A DNA stretch of 64,000 bases from Raillietiella orientalis (lineage: Eukaryota), in contig JAYWIR010000002.1 of NCBI GenBank assembly GCA_036172245.1, positions 4,030,001 to 4,094,000 of the forward strand. The letters run 5' to 3'. Below the pieces are notes generated by a model, which saw nothing but the letters and a program-made list of their open reading frames with translations, did no database searches and had not been told where the DNA came from. Below, piece by piece: positions 26,440-39,699 of the stretch (within the stretch, counting starts at the first letter, position 1; each line of letters opens with the position of its first letter). The translations under genes and the position numbers were made by a program.

Positions 26440-27560
26440 GCTCTTGCGGGTCGCCTGCTGTGGAAACTCGACGACACCGTTTTTCCCTCATGTTCCGTCC
26501 TCACCGGTGATCCCCGTTTTCATGTGCAGGTCGGCGTAGGAAGATCGAGGGCTGCCTGCAAGAGGCGGCCTCGAGGAGGGGGCATATGCGCAGCCCAGCG
26601 TGGGAGGCGCCATCACGCCGGAGAGGACTTTCATCCCGTCCTCGAGCTGTCCTTTCGTCAACAATGGCACAATCGGTTCTTCGAAAGGCGCGAGCGAACG
26701 CGGTGGTTCCTGCCTTCCAAGAATCGGACACGGGCTCACGGGACCTGGGCCTCGTTGCGAATCTACTCCGAGATGTCGACCTCTCTCAGCCCAACGAGCC
26801 ATCTGCCCATTGCGTGTGGTCGTAGTCAGTGTGTCGTGTGTTTGGTGGACACTAACGGATGGTTGGCATTGTCCTCCGCAAGAGGAACGACCAAGAAAGG
26901 GGGTCTTCCGGCTGGTCCGGACGGCATCACGGGATGGAGGAATGACATAGCAACCACTCCTTCAACCACCGGATGAAGCGCCGTGACGGCGGCGACGGCT
27001 ACTCAAGGAGCAGTCCCTTCCGACGCACTTATCTCTGGGAACGCACAGGCAACAGCTGCAAGCCCGCGCTCCCCGGCGTGGTGAGCCATGGGGGACGCCA
27101 CCAATGAGCTCGGAAGCGAGCTGGAGAAAGTGAGAGGGGAAAGGGGAACCCTTCCTTTCCCTCGCGTCCGTAGACGCCATAGCACGCGGATGCCATGCGC
27201 ATAGTCACCCGTTCTGAACGAAGGGGTCGGCCGAGCTCAGGTGACCAGAGCTCCGACTTGCGTCCCAGGTGGTTCGATACGCGACCAACCTCGTCGAAGC
27301 GAACGCGTATGCGCCATGGCGTTTCGCATCAAACAAACCTGGTGTCTCCAAGGAGCGGGTTCCACCGTATCGCCTCCCAGAGCAGAAGACTTCAGCCCCC
27401 TTCCGCCTCCCAATGACAGTCGCTGGCTGAATGCCGTCGGGGACAGAAGGTCGGTGTACGCGGCGAACTCGTGCACCGTCGAACCTGGAACCTACGGCTC
27501 TCACGACCACGTCTGCCTCGATGACCGCCTCTGTTCGCGGGTGGGCAAAAGGAGAAGTGA
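26440..27560 (+). mobile_element. Decayed L1/Tx1-like ORF2 (reverse transcriptase) remnant
   Basis: Motif remnants in the expected order with frameshifts: GRLLWKLDDTVF (WKLN), PAGPDGIT (SPGPDG), LQGAGSTVSP (RQG..SP), SVYAANS (YADD). Confidence 0.55.
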
Positions 27561-27839
27561 GACCGATCCTGTCTATTCCAGGAGCTGCATCCGCCCGGGA
27601 GGGGCCACCGATGAACGTATTTTTACCTGCTCACGGGCAGTATCGCCGCCGCTGATCTTTAGGGAGGCGCGATTATTGCTAGTTGAAACTTTACCTGCTC
27701 GCAAGCAGCTTGCAGTGAGAGGAACCCATTAGAAAAAAAAGAAAAAGGGGGAGGGGGGATCTAAGACCCCCAAAACATCTATCTATACAGGTCATAAAAA
27801 AAAAAGTTCAAAAAGACTGAGGGGCAACAAAGGGGATCA

Positions 27840-29200
27840 CAGATGCTTCCCCAGCGTCCTCCGCATTTTTTGCGGGATTCCAGCAAGTTCCTCCTTGTAG
27901 CGATTCAGGTGCGGTCACTTCAGCGCGATCCTGAAGAGCCAAGGCGATGGAGATGGTGTTGTGGTGTTGAACCAAGGCGATGGAGATGGAATCCCTTTGG
28001 CTCCCTTGACCTCTGTCAGAGGGTCTTCTTAGCTGCCGCGACTCCACGGACGAAGCACAAGGCTGCGATCGATGCCGCAGGCGACGTCCTACCGCGAACG
28101 AAGAGGCCATTCTCGGCACGCTTCCCTCGTTGTCTCTCGGTGAGTCCAGGAACTCAGCGGAACGTTCGCAAGCACTCTGGAGGGTGGCACGCTCGAAAAG
28201 CAGGTGCGAAGAGGTTCCCCTTGCATCGCACCTGGCACAGTCTGGAGCCACCCTGGTCCAGTGCTGGAGATGCGCGTTTCATGGGACAGCCCGGTGCAAC
28301 AGTCGCAGCTCCGAGTCTTGCCGTTTCAGGGGAAGCGCGGAGCTGTCCAGAAACACCGCGGGGACCCTCACTTCATCCAAAGGGATTCGCAGGAGATCTG
28401 TTCAGCGGAGAAGTCCTTTGGGACGGGTAGCGGGGGTGGACACGTAAGCCAGCTGACGCGCCGTCCAGCACCCCAATCTCTCTTCTCGCAATTTCGCAGT
28501 TGATCTCCCATCCTGCGGGCTGGTCGCCGTCGTGATCTTCCCGCAAGGGCGATAGCGCTTCAGCAAGTAGGTTTGTCCGGGTCCGCGATGTTTTCCTGGG
28601 GCATCCCGTCATCTCCTTCAAGGAGCAGGGAGCGCAGCTGGACTACCGTAGACGCTGCGTTTTCTCCGAGGTCGTGCCGTTGTCTCGGTCCACGTCTGAG
28701 CTGTTTGCTGTTTCCGGGCACTGCTGTTCGCGGGCGAGCAGGAAGTGCAAGCGTGGTGTTGAGCCAAGGCAACCGCCTGCCCAAGCTGATACCCGCATCG
28801 GAGCAGTCTTCGGTGGCAGTACACGAGAAGCGAGGTCAATGCCTCGGAGACAGCTGCTCGCTTGGCCGTGGGAGTGTTGCTGGCGCGCACCAATCTGTGG
28901 TCCGGTAGTCTGCTGCCAGCGTAATCTTCTGAACCGCAACTGGCATTCCATTTGGTCCAGCGTCAGCAGGCGAGGATCGCCGTCCCGATGCGGAGCGCAC
29001 AAGTCCTTCAAGCGGAACCGGGTCCTCTGCGTTCTCCGAAAGGCTTTCTGCATGAGGCCCTCGGTCCGCTTTTTCACTTTCCCGGGGAAGAGGCACACAA
29101 AAAGGCGGGGAGGAAGAATGGGGAGCAGAAGCGGGGGCTCCAATCGTGCTTGTGGCCGTGACCTGCTCCTGCAAGGGAAACCTGCCATCCTGGAGAGGGA
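27840..29200 (-). mobile_element. Decayed L1/Tx1-like ORF2 remnant including 3' end
   Basis: SSPADAGPNGMP motif near 28960, and APDCARCDARGTSSHLLFE zinc-finger remnant at about 28250 homologous to the other 3' ends. Confidence 0.5.
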
Positions 29201-29399
29201 CGAGGGTCGATCCTGCTTTTTGGAGGTGGCCGGACAGCGTTCACTCCAAGAACAAAAATTCCTCAGCGATACACGGAAGTACTTTGAATACCCGTTCGTG
29301 AGGATCTCCAAGTGGATTCGGTCCGTCTGTCCAGCCCGCGCCGCACCAACCACGACCCCCTATGACTTCGCCCTGTTTGCCTCCGCGCCGGTTCCGAGT

Positions 29400-30790
29400 C
29401 CGCTTGAAGGACCTGCGTGCTCCGCGCCGCGATGGTGATTTCGACCTCTTGGTTACTCTGGAACGCCTGGAACGGCAGCCCCAGTGGAGAACTGGTCCTA
29501 GAGACGAAGTATCGAAGCCCCAACTGGTGTGAGCCTGCACACCTTCTGGTGAGGGAGCGAGCTACCAACTGCGAGGGACTCTCTTCCCTTGTGCAACGCC
29601 ACCAGAACGTAGCCCACTGCGGACTTCAGCTCCGGTGAGTAGCTGTGCTGACCAGAGAGAATACCTGGATTTCCCGCCTTCTATCGAACAGTAGTGCCTG
29701 GCTGAAGGAAGCCGTTCGCACGTAGGCGAAGGCCAACGAGACGAGCCCGGAACCTCGGCAGCCACTGCAGCGATCCCTCTACAAGAGCTCCTCACTCCAG
29801 GAGATCGTCGCGCTACCCACCAAGCAAGCGTGGATCGAAGCAATCTTCCTGGCCCCCGGCGCTGCCCTCCCTGAGGAAGCTTCTTGGCGGTAGCCTACTT
29901 GCAATGTGGGAGGTCTCCTGCGAGGGCCAACGTCAACTCCAGGAGGAAGGCTGTAGGTGGTTGGACCGCGGAGCAGCAGACTGAGGCTGCGACCCAAGTG
30001 CCCCACCGAAAGGACTCACGGCGTCAGGAGCGAGCTACTCGAAGTTCCCCGGGAATACCTCGAGTGACCCCTAGTGCTTCTGAGCAACTGCAGCTTCGCC
30101 TCACGCGGCTTCCGTCGCTTCTTCTCCCTTCTTCCCGTGATGAACCCGAAGGACAGTGGACTAATCCCGTCCGCGCCTTGGAACGCTGATGGCCGGAAAC
30201 GCTCGCCAACATCACTCGACTCGGACGGTGGCAGTGGGGTAGACCCAAACTGCAGCAGTTGCTGGGAACGTGAATCCCTCTTGCACCTGCTCGTGGACCC
30301 TGCGACCACTGTGAGAAAGTTTTGCTCGACGGCCCTCCGGACCCTATGTGACAACCCCAGGGACTCACGAAAACCCCTCTTCGTGCATAACGCACTGCCG
30401 CTAGCCGCATCCCCAGCATCTCATTGCTGCCTACCCGAGATTGTGGTGCTCTGGAACGATGCCAGAGGAGGGGATCGCGCTAGTATCGCCATCCGCTTCT
30501 CCCTACGTTTTTTGCAGATGGCAGCGAGATGGTCCCATCTGAGGAACACGCAGCAGAAACTTGCCAGCTTCCTCAAGAGGATGCAGAGGACGGCTACCAG
30601 AAGGCTATGACCCCTTCCCGTTCACTCCAAATTTTTCTTCCTGTTTATATTTTTCCTTTCTTTTCTTCCTTCCCCTCTGCTATCGAGTCCACCTTCGCTG
30701 GCCTGGGCACCGGCTTCTCGACAGGTTCCTAAGTGTCTATGGATGTGGTTTTCCACTTGGATACGTCGGGGCATATATTATGAAAAATTA
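29400..30790 (+). mobile_element. L1/Tx1-like element 3' part (C-terminal zinc finger, stop, T-rich tract, structured 3' UTR)
   Basis: VDPNCSSCWERESLLHLLVD (Cx2C...E...H zf-RVT-like), then AIRFSLRFLQMAARWSHL...LASFLKRMQRT*, a C-terminus shared by at least 6 other copies in the window. Confidence 0.75.
30105..30465 (+). repeat. Inverted repeat 2, left arm (361 bp; partner 34947-35307)
   Basis: Reverse-complement identity with mirror sum 65412; one mismatch seen (30429). Confidence 0.92.
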
Positions 30791-30799
30791 TAATAAAAG

Positions 30800-32260
30800 T
30801 CGTTGATTACATTTCTGTGGTGGAACACTTGGTTCTACCACTCGCGATGGACTTGCCACAAACCGGTTCGCAGACCGGTGAGATCCACTCCAGCAGCGAA
30901 AGGGGAGGGAAAACCACAAAAAAAAAAACAAAAAAGAGAGAAAGAGAGGGTGGGCGGGTGGAGATGGAGTGCTTCTTGGGGGAAAGGAAGGCGGGGAAGA
31001 AATCACTGTTCGCCTAAAGACTTCCTCTACATCCTGTCCAGGATGCTGACAAATCCTGTTTTTTTGTGTGGTTTTCCCTCCCGGTGGAGCCATCGGGAGG
31101 CGGTCTTTAAGAAGATTCCTACCGAGCAGATGGCAACACTGCTATTTTGGACTCTTCTTGCGTTCCAGCTTGCTAGGATTCCTCACCCAAGCAGAGAATT
31201 GCTAGAGATGAGGCTGGAGACAAGGCGTCACGCAAGGCGCCGGAAAATGTTCTTAGGCTCGTCTGCCGGGATTCTGAGGATCAAGGAGAGTCGATACCAA
31301 AGGGCACGGAGGACGACACAGTCTACCAATAAGCGCAGGAAGGTCTCCTCCTCTCCGCACTTTGCACAATGGGTATCGATGCTCCCCAGTGCCTAATGAG
31401 GGAGGCGTGCTTTGCATGGGATTTCTCAATGCAACACTAGCAACGTCACCTCTAGCCTCGTGAGGGGGAGGATGCCACTGCCATAACACGCTGGGGGTCA
31501 CTTCATCTCCTCTGGAGGTATTGCGAGCAGCTTGCTCCAGCGTTAGAAGTCCTTTTGGCGAAACATTCGGGGTCACAGTGTCCGCTAGCAGCTGAGTTGT
31601 CCACGCGCTTGAAAATTCTTTCCTGCCTTGGAGCAGCAGGACACTTCCCATCTTTCCGGGAAGTCGCTGACCCTAGCGTTTTTGAGGGAGAGCAGCACTG
31701 GGGTAAGGAAGGTGAACGAGACCCACAACAGATTGCGTGGGTTGCACACCATCTCCCGCCGTGGCTGTCGCGCGTACCATCCCTTCAGGAGGCAGGCGTA
31801 CCACGCCTCGCTCGAGCCGTGGATCTTTCCCCATGTTAAGACTGACTCCCGAAGCCAAGCAATGCAGTTCATGGGGAGTCAGGAGATCCAGCTGTTCTCC
31901 TGCACCAAGGCAACCATTCGACACAACTGATGGCCACATTGCCGCAGGCTGATGTTGTTGACCAAGGATCAAGGTCAATCCTTTGCGGCCGGTCGCTCTT
32001 CGGCTGAAGGGGCGTGCAGATGGGCACCAAGGCATTGCCCGAAACTTCGCCGCAAGGGCGAGTCTTCTGGATCGGAGCTGCGCTCCATCTTCTCCAGCGT
32101 ACGGAGGCCCAGTCCACCATCCTTACGCAGACCACACAAATCTTTTAGACGAACTCGGGGCCTCCCTGTTCCCTAAAGGGCTTTTCTTAGGAGGTATTCG
32201 GTTCTTTTCCCGATGTTGAGTGGGACGGGGCAAACAAAAAGCAGGGGGTGGAGGAGGGGA
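30800..32260 (-). mobile_element. Decayed L1/Tx1-like ORF2 remnant, tail-to-tail with the previous copy
   Basis: Same C-terminal region, T-rich tract and 3' UTR hairpin (accggtctgcgaaccggt) on the minus strand; weak RT-like remnants (LLQG, LLADTVT). Confidence 0.5.
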
Positions 32261-32399
32261 GCCGAGAACTCGTTCCACACCGCAGCCTGTTATTGCAAGT
32301 GAAACTTGCCGTTCTGGAACGGGCCGGGCTCCATCTCCACTTTTTGGAGACGACCGGACCAGGCTTCTGCAACGCAGAAGTCCCCCAACGGAACTCCAA

Positions 32400-33200
32400 G
32401 GCACTTGAAACACCTGCCCCTGGGGATCCGCAAGCGTATCCAGGCTGGCTGTCTGATCCACGTCACACCGACCGGCACTATGGACGACTTCGCCCTGTTC
32501 ACCCTCAGGCCCTCAGGCCCGTTCCCCGGCTAAGCAGCTAGAACAAGCTCTCAAGTTTCACATGCAAAGTGGTAGGAGTCGGCGCTGTTGAGACTGTACT
32601 GGGGTCTCCCGTGCAACGCCCGCCTTTATCCCTGGACGTGGGGGTTCGTGGACCCCAATTGTGTTAGGTGCAGGAAACGAGAATCCCTCCCACACCTGTT
32701 AGTGAACTGTGTTGCCCTCCGGTCTCAGAGGGGACGGAGGGCAACACGCTTTGCCGCGGCCCTGAAAACCCCCAGCGGCAACTCCAGGGACGCTATAAAC
32801 CCCTCTTCATTCGCAACGCGCTTCAGCCAGTGGCCTATCTAGCAGCCTTGTGCTGCCTACGAGGGATCGTCGCAGCCTGAAGTAAAGCAACGGGAAGACC
32901 CAGAGACAGGGATGCCATCTATTTGTCCATCCAATTCCTCAGGAGGGCGACGCGATGGCCCCACCTGGACAGGGATATCCAGGAAGACCTTGCCGGCATC
33001 CTACAGAGCATGCACAGGACCGCCACCAGTAGAACGTGATCTCTTCCCGCTCCCTACCCAATTCTTTATTCATTTTTGACTTTTGCGTGTTTATATACTC
33101 CTATCCCCTCTGCTGCCGAGGTGGACCGTACCGGTCTGCGAATTGGTAACCCGGCAGCCTTGTGCATCTAGCGCGTGGCTGGACCACTGGTTCAGCCACA
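32400..33200 (+). mobile_element. L1/Tx1-like element 3' end
   Basis: WGFVDPNCVRCRKRESLPHLLVNC, later ATRWPHL...LAGILQSMHRT, T-rich tract and ctgccgag...cccggcag hairpin. Confidence 0.75.
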
Positions 33201-33899
33201 GATTCTCTAGATGTTTTATTCGAAAGAGTAAACGCCCTGACGCACCGGGTGGGAATCGAGAGTCTGCAGCCCAAAACCTCGCAGGAGTGCGCGGAGATGC
33301 TCCGCTGCTCCTGCGAGGTTCAACCAGTTCCCTGGCATGCGCCACGCTTGGGACGGATGTATCTCGAACGTACGCCGGGAATGGTGGGACAGCGTTGACT
33401 AGACTGCTCCTCGATTTGTCAATCTTGAGCACAGGTAGTTGTGGAGAAATACGTCATCGATGATTTCTGTCATCCCGGCTTCTTCAGAGACTCTCGACAC
33501 GTGGACGTGGTAGGGCCAATGGCCCCACTACTTTTGTGCTGTTTATTTTTATTTTTTTTTCAATGAACAGACACTCCGGAGCAATCAGGTGGAAATCCGT
33601 TCCGGTTCCTCCACGCATCACCCTGGAGTGTGGAGTGAGTCCGCCGAAGTGCACGTCAGCAACAGCAGCGGAAGATAGTCTGCACACGCAGACACGGCTG
33701 CCGTGCCAGTTCACGAGCGCAGCTGGTGTCCCAGAGTCCGCCTGTGAGCCCTCAGCGCCAACTCCAAGTAGTTGCTGAAGAGCACCTACTTGGAGTGAGC
33801 ACTGGGCTGAGGCTGCCCCCCTGCCGTGCGCAGCACCGCACCGGCCAGCACACCTCGTGCGTGTTGACAAAGATGTTGGTTTATTACCCGGTCATGCCG

Positions 33900-36480
33900 G
33901 GACCTTTATAAAAAAAAATAAAAATCCATGTGTAGGGTCATCGGCCCTACATTGTTCGAAAATGCTCGGAACCTGCCGAGTAACCGGTATTCAGGCCGGC
34001 GAGGTTCGTCTCGGCAGTGGAGGGGAGATAGCAAACAGGAATAAAAAGAAAACAAAAAATATATACAAGAAATTGGGAGGGTCAAGGAAGGGATCACTGG
34101 GAGCTGGAAGGCGTCCTCTGCATCCTTTCCAGGATGCCGGCAAGTTCCTTCTGATTTTGTCCCAGATGAAACCATCTAGCTGCCGTCCGCAGGAAGCGCA
34201 GGGCGAAGCAGATGGCGTCCCTGTCGTACCGTCCTCCTCTCGTGTAGCTCCAGGCCGCCACAATCCCGCGTAGGCAGCAGCAATGAGCTGCTGGGGATGC
34301 GGCTGACAAAAGGGCATCGCGCACAAAGAGGCGCTTCATCACTTCCCTGGAATCGTCCGTCGATGCACCAAGGGATGTTGCGTAACGCAACCACAGGGAT
34401 CGAAGGGCAACAAAGTCTACAAGCAGATGCGGGAGGGATTCCCTCTCCCTGGACCTGCAGCAGTTTGGGTCCACAGCCCCCCGGGTCTAGTGATACCGGC
34501 AAACGTTGCATGGGAGACCTCAGTGCAACAGCAGAAGTGCCGACCCTTGCCACTTCAAGGGGAGGGAACGGTTGTTCTTCGGGGCTGGGCCACTCGATGT
34601 CTTCCTGAGGGATTCCCAGCAGCTCGTTTCAGAGCAAAGTCCTTCCGGCAGGGCACTTGGAATCGCAGCATCTGTTGGTTGGTCCATGGTCCAACCACCT
34701 AGCTCCTTCGTCCGAAGACCTATTTCGCAACTGACGTCCCATTTGGATGGCTGCTTGCTGCCCAGGTGCTCCCTGAGGGAGGCCAGTGCCGCGGTTGGGG
34801 AGGTTCTTTGCGCCCACGCACACCTGGTGGGCTGCACGATGATGTCCTGCAGCGAGTGGATGTTGTAGAAGGAGTGCAGCAGTCGCTGCCGCATCTCCGA
34901 CTCGCTTCGTTGACAGAGATGTTGGCGTTACCTAGCGCGGTCCTCACTGGCATCGTTCCAGAGCACCACAATCTCGGGTAGGTAGCAATGAGATGCTGGG
35001 GATGCGGCTAGCGGCAGTGCGTTATGCACGAAGAGGGGTTTTCGTGAGTCCCTGGGGTTGTCACATAGGGTCCGGAGGGCCGTCGAGCAAAACTTTCTCA
35101 CAGTGGTCGCAGGGTCCACGAGCAGGTGCAAGAGGGATTCACGTTCCCAGCAACTGCTGCAGTTTGGGTCTACCCCACTGCCACCGTCCGAGTCGAGTGA
35201 TGTTGGCGAGCGTTTCCGGCCATCAGCGTTCCAAGGCGCGGACGGGATTAGTCCACTGTCCTTCGGGTTCATCACGGGAAGAAGGGAGAAGAAGCGACGG
35301 AAGCCGCAAGACCTTCATGTCCCTGGACAATGGATAACCTTAACTTCGGGCAGCCAGCTGTCCTCTTTTGTTGCAACTGCAACCGTGAGCTCGTGAAATG
35401 GGGCAGCTCGAAGTTGGCATTTCGTCTCGGGAACAGTAAAAGTCTGCTCCGGGCTGGCAACGGACTCCTCCGCGTGCCCCAGCAGACGCTGGGTCCAGGT
35501 TTTGCCAGCAACTTGGTGTCCGTGTTTAAGACGGGAACAGTCCTCCAGTTGCCGAAATCGCATGTAGGTAGGAGACGCTTTCGGGAGACGCTTTCTGATC
35601 AGATCTCTTGTTGATCAGATCGAGGCGGGCATCTTGTCTGTTTCACACATCAGCAGGGTCAATCTCTGCACCAGGGAGGGTCAGCTCTGCTGCGAAGTCC
35701 CTACACAGCTCTGCAGGCAAGCCATCCTCTTCTGGCGCCTTCCAATTCATGAGCTTTTCGTCTCCCCCATTGCGAAAGACCTTCCAAGGTCTCAAAATAC
35801 CTCCTTTCCTATCGCTGAAACGTCTTCAGGTAGCCACGGTTGCAAGAGATTGCACTCTCGGGTGCCCTGCAGCACGGGGAAGACAAGAATTCTCGCATGA
35901 TGCGCTCTACTACCACGGTCAGGAGCCGAGAGTCCCTGGCCGTTTAGCAAGGAGTCCCCAAGACGGACTGCTGGGCCTCGCACTCGGCCCCGTCTCGAAG
36001 TTCCACCATTCGAATTTCAGCATTCTTTGGCAGGACCGTGCCTGCAGAAAAGCTAACTCGCCACGCATCCTTCCGCTGAAGCCGGAGAGGGAGCTCCGCA
36101 TCAGGACGGCGCAGACTCGGCCTCCTGACACCCTCGAGCGAATATGGAGATTCAGTTGCGATGGAGATTGCTGGACATCTCAGACACGTACTGGAACACC
36201 CTCTGGTGCGTTCCCGCACTCCTTTTCGCCAGCCGTGCGGTCGAAAGCAGACGACTCGCGTCCCACCTTTTTTGACGTGGCCGAAAGGTGAAAAAGTGCG
36301 AAATCCTGGGATGGTTGGCCACACTGGCGAAGGAAAACGGCTGGATACCCTGCTGCCCCGACAACTGTAGTGCTTGGTTACAAGAAACAATTGGCACGTG
36401 TTGAAGATGAATGAATCCAGCTTAGAGACTTGGAATGCGGAATCGACGTTCATGCTCGCTGAGGAAGTTCCTGGAGAGTC
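33900..36480 (-). mobile_element. Best-preserved L1/Tx1-like ORF2 remnant (EN-RT-zinc finger-3' UTR), frameshifted
   Basis: KAPEEDGLPAEL (about 35710-35745), NWRTVPVLNTDTKLLAK (about 35500-35550; RT motif WRPISLLNTDYK), KELGGW (about 34700; PK..GGLG), DPNCCRSRERESLPHLLVD (34474), 3' UTR hairpin at about 33970-34020. Confidence 0.8.
34947..35307 (-). repeat. Inverted repeat 2, right arm
   Basis: Reverse complement of 30105-30465. Confidence 0.92.
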
Positions 36481-36599
36481 CCAACATCAGCGAGTGGCCG
36501 GAGCGCAGCTATCTCCATCCCCACCCCTCCCCTGCCGCAGCGATGTCCTTCCTAAGGAAGGCGGATGGTAGTAGCCTACTGGCGAGATGTGAAGTCTCC

Positions 36600-37400
36600 T
36601 GAGAGATCGCAAGTAGGAGGGATAGAACAAGTGGTTGTTCCATGATGCAGCTGACGGACGCTGCGACTCCAAGTGCCCTTCCACGAGGAATTCAACGCTA
36701 AGGCGAGCTCCTCGGCACTCTTTGTGAAGATCCCGTAGTGTTCCCTGATGTTTGCAAACGGTAGCACCCCCCGCCCCGTGAAGTGGCAGGAGCCGGCGCT
36801 TCTGTTGTTGCACTGGGCTCCTCCCTGCAACTCCGCCGACGCCACTGGACACTGGGGAGTACAAGCTCAGACTGTCGCAGGCGTGGGGAAGGAGAATCCC
36901 TCCCTCACGTGCTGATGGACCGTGTTTCCTTGCTACCCCTATGATAACGTTTTTCGACAGACCTTCGGATTCTGGTGGGCAACATCAGGGATGCTCTACG
37001 ACTCCTCTTCGTGCGTGGTGCCCTTCCGCCAGCCGCAGTCCCAGCAGCTCTTTGCTGCATCAGCAAGATTGCGGCGGCCTTGAGCGAAGTCGACAGAGGA
37101 ATAAACGAGAGGGACGCCGTCCAGTTCGCAGTTCGCTTCCTGCGGATAGCCGCCAGATGGCCCCGACTGGAAAGCGTGCAGATGGACCTTGCCGGTATAC
37201 TAGCAAGGATGCAGACAGTTCCCTCCAGCAGAATGTGGTCATTTCCCGAACTCACCCAATTCTATTTCTATTTATTTTTATTTTTTTGTTTGTTCCCCTC
37301 CTTATGCTGCCGAGGCAACCCTCTCTGGTTTGCTCACCAACGTCTCGGCAGGTTCTATGTTTAGGGACAGTGGTTAGGTGAGGTGCTTCAACCGTGGCCA
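36600..37400 (+). mobile_element. L1/Tx1-like element 3' end
   Basis: SSDCRRRGEGESLPHVLMD remnant, DAVQFAVRFLRIAARWPRL...LAGILARMQT, T-rich tract, ctgccgaggc...gtctcggcag hairpin. Confidence 0.7.
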
Positions 37401-38014
37401 CTTTCGTTATATTGCTCACTGTTTTTGGTAAACGCCTTGGCTCCACCGGGTGACAACGTCGAAGCCTGCGGAAAGCCGATCTGCCGGGAAGCTTCCCGAC
37501 AAACCCTCGGGCCGAATGCTTCAGAGCGTCCCAGCCCTCGAGCTGCTGCACGGCCGAGCCTCGCAGGAAGCGGAGTAGAGGCTGTGACGGGAGCATCCGG
37601 CTACCACAGAGGGAAGGAGCGGAAGGACGAGGGCAGCTCTCCCTCCGGAAGGGCGTGGAGCTTCTGATGGGAAAACGGCGGCTGCAGCAGCACCGGAGGA
37701 GAACCTGCGGAGCCACAGGTTGAATGGTTCCACGACGCCGGCGTCTCCTCCACCCGAGGCCTCGCGGCGCCTCGGATCTTTTGGCCCGCCTGCTCGGGAA
37801 GTTCTTCAAGTTCCCTTCTGAAGTCGGGTCCCCTTGAGGTTGTCAGAGAGGGGCTTCTTCGAAGCGCCAGCAGAGGAAGACACGAGTTCCGGCTGTGGAA
37901 TCTGAGCACGCATCGAGCTGCGCGCCTCCTGGTTCGACAAATGAGCTCTACAACCATGGCCAGGAGCCGAGCGTCTGCATCAAGACAGAAAAGGATGATG
38001 GAAATCCTTTTCTG

Positions 38015-38762
38015 TCTTCGCAGTTCTTCGACACGGTTCCACACCGCCCGAGGGTGGGTAATTCTTCAAGATAGGGGGTACCCTGGGAGAGGTCCTCCCT
38101 GTGAATCCAGGAAGGACTCGGAGTCCGTTCCTCTCACGCCTGGAGAGGGATCCCGGAAATGGAGATCACCTCCACCCTGGTTGTCTCCGAAGGGGAATCC
38201 AGAAGGGAATCTCCTTCCTCTCCGGAGGACCCTCGGAGGGGTCCGCTCCAGTTTTCTTCTCTGAAGGGAACCCGGAAAGGATCCGATCCTGGAATTTCTT
38301 CTCCTGAGGGATCCCCCGCAAGGAATCCGCTCTTGTTTTTACTCCTCTGAAGAGAACCCAGAAGGGACGCTTCCGAAATTCAGAAGGACGTAGCTTCCCC
38401 GAAGGGATCGGCTTCCTTCTCTACACTCTCTGGAGAGGTGGTGGCGACACACCTACTCCATCAGTACGACGCGGGAGATTCCCCCAGAATGGGGAGTTCG
38501 CTCCTTCACAATCGGAGGGAGAACCTCCCACTCCTAGATTCCTGGAAGGACCCAGAGTTCGACTCCCATTTGTCCCGGCCCTCATCGGGAAGCATTCGGA
38601 TTGGACCGTTACCAGTGTCGCACCCGGATGAATGTAGGCCAACAAGCGTCATCTTGTGGGATGAAATCGGAACCCACAACGCACTGCGTCGATTCCTTCG
38701 GGGTATTCGAACCTACGACGCATGGTGCCATGCGTGGAGACCACCGTGACCACACGGCCTCC
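38015..38762 (-). mobile_element. tRNA-headed SINE-like repeat
   Basis: Minus-strand head ggaggccgtgTGGTCACGGTGGtctcc...taGGTTCGAATACccc (A and B boxes), shared body, and five to six tandem 35-42 bp subunits at 38185-38410. Confidence 0.7.
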
Positions 38763-39699
38763 GGCGAGCGCCTCTGAACCCTGTCCTCCTCTGAGATTCC
38801 GGAAGGAGAAACCACTCTACTTCCGAAACCCTCTTGCCAGATCCTATTGTAACTGATGGAACTTCCAGGCATACCAGTATCCTTGATTGCCCATCAGCTC
38901 TGCTGGATGCTCTGGCTGGTGGTGTCCGTACGTACATTGCGCCTGTGGGGGAGAGGGAGGAGATCCGCAGGGAAAGAGCCTGAGACCTCCAATCCTTAGC
39001 AGCTACTTGGAGCTGCTGCTCGACGGATGCAAGAAGACTGTGGCGAACCTGCCGTCTTCCTGGCCTTGCAGACAACCTCCTGCTGTCGTCCATGCCTACC
39101 GCGACGGCGCCGCTCGTGTCGCCAAGAGGGCGGAGTCAGTGATGGTAGCCGTGGAGAAGCATGGGCAGAGCGGCGAGGTTGGAAAACCTCGGACTCGACA
39201 GCTGTTGAGAGCATTTTTCAGCACATCGGGGATTCCGCCATATTCCGACCGCTTCCACTGCCGCCCATTTGCACTTCGGGGTTCAGCGTTTTCACCGCAC
39301 GAGACGCTTCTATTCCTTCTGGGATGCATTCATTGCAGTAATCGCTCCGGCGTTACCGAGTAACGATTCCCCCCACACGCATAAGCAACGTCTTCCAAAG
39401 GTACGAGGTCTTAGGAATTCGACGTTGGTAGGGGATGAAAGTTCCCTATAGCCGTGGCAACGAGCCCGAAATCCGGTCAGTGGTGTCGCTCTGAGACTTT
39501 CGTCCCTCAGGTGAGAACGCGGGGGATAGCCGGAGAGGCGGACCACCTCTGAGGAGTTCGGTGACCCATGCAGTAGCGCGGCACAACCTTCAGCTTGCGC
39601 TTTCGCCTAGCGAGGACTGGGCCACATCCTAGGGCGCTGCGCAGGCCCTCCTTTAGGCGCCCTGAGCCAGCTTCCCGAGCAATACTCTGCCGAGAGACA

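Noticed and set aside
38185-38410. CRISPR-like array
   Set aside because: Eukaryotic context; degenerate tandem subunits without unique spacers; no cas genes.
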